Shown here piece after piece: positions 8,721 to 15,936 of a stretch of 32,000 nt of DNA. The stretch spans positions 1,380,001-1,412,000 of the forward strand of contig NZ_CP074694.1 of assembly GCF_018398935.1 (NCBI RefSeq). Direction: 5' to 3'. The stretch comes from Telmatocola sphagniphila (GTDB lineage Bacteria; Planctomycetota; Planctomycetia; Gemmatales; Gemmataceae). Position 1 is the stretch's first letter. Each line of letters opens with the position of its first letter. The notes beneath the pieces are model-generated. The model made no database searches and was not told the DNA's origin. It was given only the letters and a program-made list of their open reading frames with translations. The position numbers and the translations under genes were made by a program.

Positions 8721-9671
8721 TTAATCCTCATAAGCCTTTACAATCTGCTGCACCAAAGCATGTCGGACGATGTCATTTTTGTCCAGATAAACAATTGCTA
8801 AACGATTGATATTTCTAAGCCGTTTTAAGGCATCGCTCATTCCACTCTGAATACCTTTTGGTAAATCGACCTGAGTCGAGTCTCCCGTTACGATGATTTT
8901 CGAATTGTGGCCCATGCGAGTGAGAAACATTTTCATCTGTGAAACTGTTGCATTTTGAGCTTCATCGAGAATAATCACGGCATTATTCAGTGTTCTTCCC
9001 CGCATATAGGCCAAGGGAACGATTTCAATGATGTCATTCTCCATATATTTTTTAACTTGTTCAGGCTCCATCATATCGTTAAGAGCATCGAACAAGGGCC
9101 GTAAGTAAGGATTGATTTTGGCGACAATGTCCCCGGGAAGGAACCCCAACCGTTCGCCGGCTTCGACAGCAGGTCGAACCAGAACGATTTTTTTCACCTG
9201 TCCGGTACGCAGCAAGGTCACCGCCATGCCTACGGCCATGAACGTTTTCCCCGTACCTGCTGGCCCCTCGCAGATGGTGACGTCATTTTCGCGCAAAGCC
9301 TGAACGTACCTGCCCTGCCCGTCCGTTCGCGGTCGCAGATATTTGCCGCCATCCAGCATCGTTAAGTTCGTCGAACCGGTCATCTGGCTGCCGGCACGAA
9401 CGACTTCAAGGATCGTACGAACGTCCTCGGCAGTCACTTTTCCTTTATTTCGAAGCGTGGACCGCAATTGCTGAAAACTTCGCTCGGCCTGAGAGACCGT
9501 TTCTTCAGTACCGTCAATTTGAACTGTATCGCCGCGGGCCACGAGTCTAACTCCCAGCACATCGCGAATCAGTCGCAGATTTTGATCCCGCATACCAAAC
9601 AGCAGTATCGCCTCATCCCGACTGTCGAGTGTGACGTTTCGGGATACGGGCATAGCGTTGACATCATCCAT
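8721..9671 (-). CDS. phoH: PhoH/YbeZ family ATPase
   Basis: Walker A GPAGTGKTFMAVGMAV, Walker B AVIILDEAQN and TGDSTQVDLP are typical of PhoH-like proteins. I prefer the ATG at 9671 (MDDVNAMPV...), which avoids overlap with the cdsA 3' end (stop at 9724). Confidence 0.88.
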   Translation of the reverse strand: MDDVNAMPVSRNVTLDSRDEAILLFGMRDQNLRLIRDVLGVRLVARGDTVQIDGTEETVSQAERSFQQLRSTLRNKGKVTAEDVRTILEVVRAGSQMTGSTNLTMLDGGKYLRPRTDGQGRYVQALRENDVTICEGPAGTGKTFMAVGMAVTLLRTGQVKKIVLVRPAVEAGERLGFLPGDIVAKINPYLRPLFDALNDMMEPEQVKKYMENDIIEIVPLAYMRGRTLNNAVIILDEAQNATVSQMKMFLTRMGHNSKIIVTGDSTQVDLPKGIQSGMSDALKRLRNINRLAIVYLDKNDIVRHALVQQIVKAYED

Positions 9672-9723
9672 AATTATCTCGTGGTAAAACTCAAGGAGTC
9701 TTCTCGATCGAACAATGTTCGGT

Positions 9724-10590
9724 CTAGCGCAGCCAGAAATAGGCTGCCGGAGCGGCAAAAAGCAGCGAATCGATCACGTCCAGAATTCCGCCGAATCCCG
9801 GAATGGTTTTTGATGCGTCCTTAATGTGATATTCCCGCTTAATCATCGATTCCGTCAAATCTCCCAGCACGCCTGCAATTCCGACGGTGATTCCGAACTC
9901 CAGTGCAAATAAGAGTGATCCCTGTTTGAGATCGCTCGCCTGGACGATCCAGATGCTAACCGCAATCGAGGAGAGCATACCACCGACAAAGCCTTCCCAG
10001 GTCTTTTTCGGACTGAGCATCGGAGCCATCAAATGCCGACCCAGAACGCGGTTGCAAAGAAGAGTGCCGGTGAAGTAAGCACCGATGTCATTACATTTTA
10101 CCACTGCGATAAAGAGGAGAAGTGACCAGGAGGATTTGCTGGGGTAGATTTTCCCTTCATTTGGCAAAATTCGAAGCAGTTCGATGAAGCTCCCGAGGAA
10201 CCCCAGGTAGAAGTAAAAGAATAGCGCGAGGGCTACGCGGGGGATAAAATTACGATCTTCCGCACGAAAGTACCACAACTCTGTGAGCAATGCGATAAAT
10301 CCCGCGATTAGGAGCGCAAAAAAGGCGAAATCAACGGGTCTGGAGCCGTAATTGATAAATGCCACAAAACATACTGGAGAGAAGAGTATCAATCCCAAAA
10401 AAGTAGAAAGTTTTCTCGGCTGATCGGCTTTCGGGATCATGCGGAACAATTCGAGCCCCGCCAGAAATTGAACGATGAAGACTAGAAAAAAGAAAATGGG
10501 AAAATGTCGCGAGACATATCGCTCTTCAAAAAATAGACCCAACGCCAGCAGTATTAGCAAGCCGCCCATCCATAAACGAGTCCTGAGCAT
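9724..10590 (-). CDS. cdsA: Phosphatidate cytidylyltransferase (CDP-diglyceride synthase), atypical signature
   Basis: 288-aa polytopic membrane protein. The C-terminal signature is SMIKREYHIKDASKTIPGFGGILDVIDS, against E. coli [28 protein letters not shown]. Lies in the classical position directly after uppS. Confidence 0.85.
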   Translation of the reverse strand: MLRTRLWMGGLLILLALGLFFEERYVSRHFPIFFFLVFIVQFLAGLELFRMIPKADQPRKLSTFLGLILFSPVCFVAFINYGSRPVDFAFFALLIAGFIALLTELWYFRAEDRNFIPRVALALFFYFYLGFLGSFIELLRILPNEGKIYPSKSSWSLLLFIAVVKCNDIGAYFTGTLLCNRVLGRHLMAPMLSPKKTWEGFVGGMLSSIAVSIWIVQASDLKQGSLLFALEFGITVGIAGVLGDLTESMIKREYHIKDASKTIPGFGGILDVIDSLLFAAPAAYFWLR

Positions 10591-10596
10591 CTTGGG

Positions 10597-11358
10597 TTAC
10601 ACCGTGGGATGGGTAATTAAGCCACCGAATCTTCGCTCTCGAGCTGCAAAGTCCCGAAATGCTTGATGCAAAAGCGGTACGTCGAAGTCGGGCCAGCAGG
10701 TATGGGTGAACCAGAATTCACTGTACGAAATCTGCCAAAGGAGGTAGTTGCTGATCCGGTATTCCCCGGCGGTCCGAATCAGCAAATCCGGATCGGGCAT
10801 TCCAGCAGTGTACAGGGAATTTGCAATCGCCTGCTCGTCGATCTGATCCGGATCTAATTCACCCGATTTAATGCGCCGTGCCAGCGACTGAACAGCATCG
10901 AGAATTTCCCCTCTCGCCCCGTAATTAATCGCCATGGCGAGCGTCAACCCGGTATTTTCAGAACTGATCCGGGTAGTTTCATCCAATTCTTGTAATACCT
11001 CAGCGGATAAACCCTGCCGACGCCCAATCATTCGAAACTTGATGTTCTGGTTGAGAATCAGCTCTCTTTCATCGATGAGATACTGTTTTAAAAGGGCCAT
11101 CAGAAATTCAAGTTCGCGCCGCGGCCTCTTCCAATTTTCAGAACTGAAGCAATACAGAGTGAGTTGATCCAGCCCGAGTTCACAGCATTCGGTGACGATG
11201 TGCCGAACAACTTCCACGCCTCGAAGGTGCCCTTCGATTCGCTCTTTGCCTCGCTCCAATGCCCAGCGCCCGTTTCCATCCATCACAATGGCCAGGCTCT
11301 TCGGCATTCGATCCGGATTCAAGCCGCGTTTCGCGGTGGATTCGCGATTGATTGGCAT
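10597..11358 (-). CDS. uppS: Undecaprenyl-diphosphate synthase (cis-isoprenyl transferase)
   Basis: LAIVMDGNGRWA, FSSENWKRP and RTAGEYRISNYLLWQISYSEFWF are hallmark UppS motifs. Confidence 0.93.
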   Translation of the reverse strand: MPINRESTAKRGLNPDRMPKSLAIVMDGNGRWALERGKERIEGHLRGVEVVRHIVTECCELGLDQLTLYCFSSENWKRPRRELEFLMALLKQYLIDERELILNQNIKFRMIGRRQGLSAEVLQELDETTRISSENTGLTLAMAINYGARGEILDAVQSLARRIKSGELDPDQIDEQAIANSLYTAGMPDPDLLIRTAGEYRISNYLLWQISYSEFWFTHTCWPDFDVPLLHQAFRDFAARERRFGGLITHPTV

Positions 11359-11360
11359 AA

Positions 11361-12656
11361 TTAGCAGTCGGGTTTTAGAGTTTGTTCGCGATCGGGGCCG
11401 ATCGAGACGTAACTGACCTTCTTATGCAGTAATTCGCCGATGCGTTGAACATATTTCTGTGCATTGATTGGAAGTTCCTTCCATTTGCGGATCTTGGAAA
11501 GATCTTCCGACCAGCCGGGTAGTGTTTCATAGATCGGCTGGCAAGTTTCGAGCAGGAAAGAATCGCCAGGAAATTGATCGATTCGCTGGTTACCCGATTG
11601 ATATCCCGTGCAGATCTTCAGTTCCGGAATTCCGCTGAGTACGTCGAGAAGCATGACGGTGATTTCGTCGACTCCGGCCAGCATACTTGTGTAGCGAAGT
11701 GCCACTGCATCCAGCCAGCCGACTCGTCTGGGTCGACCAGTCACTGTACCAAATTCCCGGCCGACGGTACGAATTCTGTTGCCGAGTTCATCGTTCAACT
11801 CGGTTGGGAATGCCCCTCTCCCTACTCGGGAGGTGTAAGCTTTCACGATTCCGATGATGCGGTCGACATTTCGAACCGATACCCCGCTGCCAGACCAAAT
11901 GCTCGAAGGCAAGGTGTTGGAACTGGTGACATAAGGGTAAGTGCCGTGGTCAACATCCAAAAGGCTTCCCTGCGCGGCTTCGAAGAGAATCTTTTTCCCT
12001 GCATCTAACTGATTGTGAAGCAGGTGGACGGTATCCTGGACATACGGTCTTAATTGTTCTGCGTAAGCCAGATATTCTTCGAGTATCCCTTCCACTGTAA
12101 AGAGTTTGGGTTCTACACCCGTACATTCCGCAAGCGCCGAAATCAGCTTGTTTTTACGGGGGACAATATGGTTCAGACGCTCTTTTAAGTAGTCCGGATA
12201 GTAGAGATCGCCGAGCCGGATTCCGCAGGCGCGGTTCGCTTTATCCTGGTAGCAGGGACCTATGCCGCGACCCGTCGTGCCAATTGCGGCGGCGGATTCC
12301 TTCTCGCTGCAGCGTTCTTCTTCCATATGGTAGGGGAAGATTACGTGAGCGTGGTTACTGATACAAAGGTTCTTTCCAACGGGAATTCCAGCAGTGTGGA
12401 GTTGTTGAATTTCTTCCAATAACCGAGGCGGGTAGATCACCACGCCGTTGCCAATAACCGAGAGAATATTCGGTTTAAGAATGCCGGTTGGCAGAAGGGA
12501 TAACTTGAAAGTCCGATTTCCCCAGACTATTGTATGGCCCGCATTGGCTCCGCCGTTGTATCGAACGACCAGATCGTGCGAATCGCTCAGCAAATCGACG
12601 ATTTTTCCCTTGGCTTCATCTCCCCACTGCAAGCCCACCACACAAGTACCCGGCAT
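11361..12656 (-). CDS. purA: Adenylosuccinate synthetase
   Basis: The N-terminus VVGLQWGDEAKGKIVDLL (GDEGKGK-type P-loop), GTTGRGIGPCYQDK and the 431-aa length are all typical of PurA. Confidence 0.95.
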   Translation of the reverse strand: MPGTCVVGLQWGDEAKGKIVDLLSDSHDLVVRYNGGANAGHTIVWGNRTFKLSLLPTGILKPNILSVIGNGVVIYPPRLLEEIQQLHTAGIPVGKNLCISNHAHVIFPYHMEEERCSEKESAAAIGTTGRGIGPCYQDKANRACGIRLGDLYYPDYLKERLNHIVPRKNKLISALAECTGVEPKLFTVEGILEEYLAYAEQLRPYVQDTVHLLHNQLDAGKKILFEAAQGSLLDVDHGTYPYVTSSNTLPSSIWSGSGVSVRNVDRIIGIVKAYTSRVGRGAFPTELNDELGNRIRTVGREFGTVTGRPRRVGWLDAVALRYTSMLAGVDEITVMLLDVLSGIPELKICTGYQSGNQRIDQFPGDSFLLETCQPIYETLPGWSEDLSKIRKWKELPINAQKYVQRIGELLHKKVSYVSIGPDREQTLKPDC

Positions 12657-12770
12657 TCTAACCTGCCCTCATGAAAACGTACTTTTACACTGCGAACAGA
12701 ACACGTTAAAATCTAGGATTACAGCAGGTGAAGGCAAGCAAGAACTTGTAATCGGAAAGATCTTTGCGGT

Positions 12771-15700
12771 ATGAATTATCGCGTCAAGCTCGTGAGTCTG
12801 AAAGTCGAGCCGGCTAATCTGGCAAAGATTCTGCCCGAATCGATGATCCGAACTCAGGGTGTCGGTGAAATCGTATGGTTGTCCAGTCATGTCAGTCAGT
12901 GTGGCTACAACCTGCAGCTCGTTCAATCGAGCGAGATTGTGTTCCGTGAACATATTTCATTTCAATCGATAGAGGAATATGCTCACAAAGTGCTCAATCC
13001 CGCTCGGCCACTGGATCTCGCAGGATTTCGAAGCGTCTTTAAGCTTCTGCTCAATGCAGCATTGAGATCGCTATCTGGCCGAAAGCAGAATTCTTCCAAC
13101 GATCGACAGATGGCTAGTCCTGGCTTTGCCCAGGCCGTCAGCCAGACTTTTGATTTGCTGGATCTGAATTCTCATCCGATTTCAATTCCCTGTCTCGATT
13201 TATTGCCGCCGGTTTACCGGCGACTTCTAGAACAATCGGGCTATCGGGATGCACGAATTTTTAATTGGAAAGGTCCTCTAGAAAAGCCCAACTTACCGTG
13301 TGAGCTGGTTGTTGATGGGGATTCTGCTGTCGCTATGCGTTGGGAAGGATTCATCGGCTTTCTAGCTCAAAACACTAACTTAACGCTGGTTTGCCGTGAA
13401 AGAGATCAGGCCTTATTTTGGGCGCGAAAGTTTTCTCTACCGGAATCAGCCATTCCGGCCTCGAAATTAAAAGTTTCGAAAACGATTGCTCACGTAAATT
13501 CTCAGTTATTCAAGTCTGATCCGAAAAAATTGAATTCCGCCAAAGGAATTGAATTGATTCAGGCGCCGGCCGAGTTGGGTGAGGCACGCTTGATTGCTCG
13601 CCGGATTGCTCAGTTGATCGAGAAAAGTGTCGCTCCCGAAAGGATTTTAATCGGCCTCCACAAGCAGCCTGGCAAAGCCGATTTAATTCTCTCGACGCTC
13701 CGGCAATACAGTATTCCGGTCAGCAGCTTGTACTGCGGGAACTATCAGCGTGTTCCCGCGATTCGGGCACTGCTGAATTTTTTGAACATTCCCGCAGCGG
13801 GCTGGCAATTCCGACAGATTGCCATGCTATTGCGATCCAACTTTTTTCGGCCGGAATGGGAAGAGATTTCCAGTGAGAGAAAATTTTTGCGTGAGGCGGA
13901 GTTGTTTCTCCGATATCTCGGGGAACCAAGCGGCCGAGAAGCTTTTGAGCAAGGACTTCAAACCTGGTCGGTCAGTCCCCCGCAACCGTTGGAAGATGAG
14001 GAAATGGAAGGTTACGAGCGGACTCGCATGCAGTCAATTGCAACCCGCTCGCAGTCTTTCTTTCGCAATTTGTTCGATCTGCTCGATTCTGCTCCCAGAC
14101 AAGCGACTTTCGCGGAATATGCGAATTGGCTTCAGCGCTTTGCTCGGGAATTCGGTTTTGAAAAAGCTTTATTACCGCACCCTGCGGAACTTGAAAAATG
14201 GCATGCGTTCTTTGAGATTTTCCAGCAGTTGCCAAAAACTACTCGCACTTGGAATAAAACCGAATTTTTCGAATTGATTTCGGAGCTGGCGAATTGCTCT
14301 ACAAGCCCAGAAACTACAGCCCAGACAGTCCGGATACTCGAGGCCAACGAAGCCGTTCATCTGGATTGTGATTATTTGTTCCTGGCGGGCTTGGCGGAAG
14401 GTTCCTTTCCCAATCTCAATCGAACTAAAACACTTCTCAATCACGAGCAACTTAAACAATTAGCTAGCGAAGGTGCACCATTACCCGAACCGGACACGGA
14501 TTTAGAAGTAGAGCAGGATCTTTTCCGGAGACTGCTAGCTACTCCAAAAAAGGGGGTCATTCTCTCCTACCCTGCCTTGGATAATTCGGGTCAGCCGTTG
14601 TTGCCCGCCACTTTTGTTGGCAACTTGCTCGATTGTTTTGAACCGGAAGTTGTCGAGACCACCGCGCAGTCGATGCTGCTCTCCGGATTTTTCGAATCAA
14701 CCCCTTACGCAAATTTTGAGCGACGATGTCAATTTGTCGCACGGTCGAGGTCGAGAATTGATAAAGTGGATTGGTCTTGGGGCGGTCGCACGTCTCAGAC
14801 TCTTCAGCGTGCGGCTGTAATGGCCGAATCTCGCTTCCGATCGAAAAATCATAACGAATACGATGGGATGATTGCCTCTCCGAAGGTCACCTCGAAATTA
14901 GAAAAAAAATTCGGTAACTCCAAAATCTTCAGTCCCACGGCCTTGGAACGCTACGTCAGTTGTCCCTTTCGTTTCTGGATGCAGGATGCCCTCGGGTTCC
15001 GGGAACTCGAAGAACCCAATGAGGATATCGAAGTCTGGCAACGGGGGATGGCCTTTCACCGGGCAATCGCCCGATTGCATCGGACCATCTTGAGTAAGAC
15101 CGCGGTGGATCCGAAATCCGAGGAGTTTCGAAAGCACCTTCAAAGTGAACTGAACCGGGCCATACTCGAAAATGCATCGAAATCGGCCAGCTTGTTCACT
15201 CGCAAGCTTTGGGAACTGGAAGGCAATCGATTGCTTCGTTTGACACGAAATTACGGAACGCAATGGGCGGAATTTCAGTCAGGTTGGATGAAATCCACCG
15301 GGGTTCCACAACCTCTCTATCTGGAGCGAGCTTTTGGTACCAGGCGAATCGATCTTCTCAGTAATGACACCGAGAACCCGCCGTTGTCAATTGGCACCGG
15401 AGAAGCTGCGATCAAACTTGGTGGTGTGATCGATCGCGTGGATTCAGTTCAACTGTCGGATGGGTTAGTCTTCTGGGTAATCGATTATAAGACCGGCACT
15501 CCAAATCACTACACCCCGAAGATGTTCGAAAGCATGGAGCGGCTGCAATTAACGCTCTATGCGCTGGCCGCGCAGACTTTGTTCTTTCAGAATCAGAATG
15601 CTCGGCCCCTGGGACTGGCCTATTGGTTCGTCGCCCACCACGAAGGCTTGAAAACGGTTTTCCCCAAACAGAAAAAAAAGGGTTCCGATCCGGTTCCCAT

Positions 15701-15902
15701 GTCCTTGGAGGAATGGAATCAGTACCGCAAAAGACTGGAAAATTGGGTCGGGGAGATTGTTAAGCGAATCCGGAGCGGGTTATTCCCTCTTGCACCACGA
15801 AATAAAGAGAATTGCAGCCACTGCCCGTATTCCCAATCTTGCCGGATCAGTGAGAGCCGGGATCGCAAAGAGGATTGGAAATTCGATCCTCCCGAGACTT
15901 GA
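12771..15902 (+). CDS. addB: AddB/RexB-like helicase-nuclease subunit: degenerate helicase-like N-region plus a C-terminal PD-(D/E)XK nuclease with a 4-Cys (Fe-S) cluster
   Basis: 1043 aa. Nuclease motifs GGVIDRVD (aa 884-891) and WVIDYKTG (D905-Y-K907). Cys731 (SCPFRFW) plus C1015-x2-C1018-x5-C1024 (CSHCPYSQSC) match the AddB iron-staple arrangement. No GxxxxGK[ST] Walker A anywhere in the protein. Followed 34 nt later by a UvrD-type helicase gene. Confidence 0.82.
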   Translation: MNYRVKLVSLKVEPANLAKILPESMIRTQGVGEIVWLSSHVSQCGYNLQLVQSSEIVFREHISFQSIEEYAHKVLNPARPLDLAGFRSVFKLLLNAALRSLSGRKQNSSNDRQMASPGFAQAVSQTFDLLDLNSHPISIPCLDLLPPVYRRLLEQSGYRDARIFNWKGPLEKPNLPCELVVDGDSAVAMRWEGFIGFLAQNTNLTLVCRERDQALFWARKFSLPESAIPASKLKVSKTIAHVNSQLFKSDPKKLNSAKGIELIQAPAELGEARLIARRIAQLIEKSVAPERILIGLHKQPGKADLILSTLRQYSIPVSSLYCGNYQRVPAIRALLNFLNIPAAGWQFRQIAMLLRSNFFRPEWEEISSERKFLREAELFLRYLGEPSGREAFEQGLQTWSVSPPQPLEDEEMEGYERTRMQSIATRSQSFFRNLFDLLDSAPRQATFAEYANWLQRFAREFGFEKALLPHPAELEKWHAFFEIFQQLPKTTRTWNKTEFFELISELANCSTSPETTAQTVRILEANEAVHLDCDYLFLAGLAEGSFPNLNRTKTLLNHEQLKQLASEGAPLPEPDTDLEVEQDLFRRLLATPKKGVILSYPALDNSGQPLLPATFVGNLLDCFEPEVVETTAQSMLLSGFFESTPYANFERRCQFVARSRSRIDKVDWSWGGRTSQTLQRAAVMAESRFRSKNHNEYDGMIASPKVTSKLEKKFGNSKIFSPTALERYVSCPFRFWMQDALGFRELEEPNEDIEVWQRGMAFHRAIARLHRTILSKTAVDPKSEEFRKHLQSELNRAILENASKSASLFTRKLWELEGNRLLRLTRNYGTQWAEFQSGWMKSTGVPQPLYLERAFGTRRIDLLSNDTENPPLSIGTGEAAIKLGGVIDRVDSVQLSDGLVFWVIDYKTGTPNHYTPKMFESMERLQLTLYALAAQTLFFQNQNARPLGLAYWFVAHHEGLKTVFPKQKKKGSDPVPMSLEEWNQYRKRLENWVGEIVKRIRSGLFPLAPRNKENCSHCPYSQSCRISESRDRKEDWKFDPPET

Positions 15903-15936
15903 AAAATCCTAGTTTCGAAAGGATAGAAATAACGAC

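Noticed and set aside
14902-15679. Two A8 homopolymer tracts within addB (14902-14909 and 15672-15679) as phase-variation slip sites.
   Set aside because: They encode plausible Lys runs (LEKKFG, KQKKKG). A7 tracts also occur elsewhere, for example inside the GH57 gene near 31680. Nothing else suggests contingency-locus behaviour.
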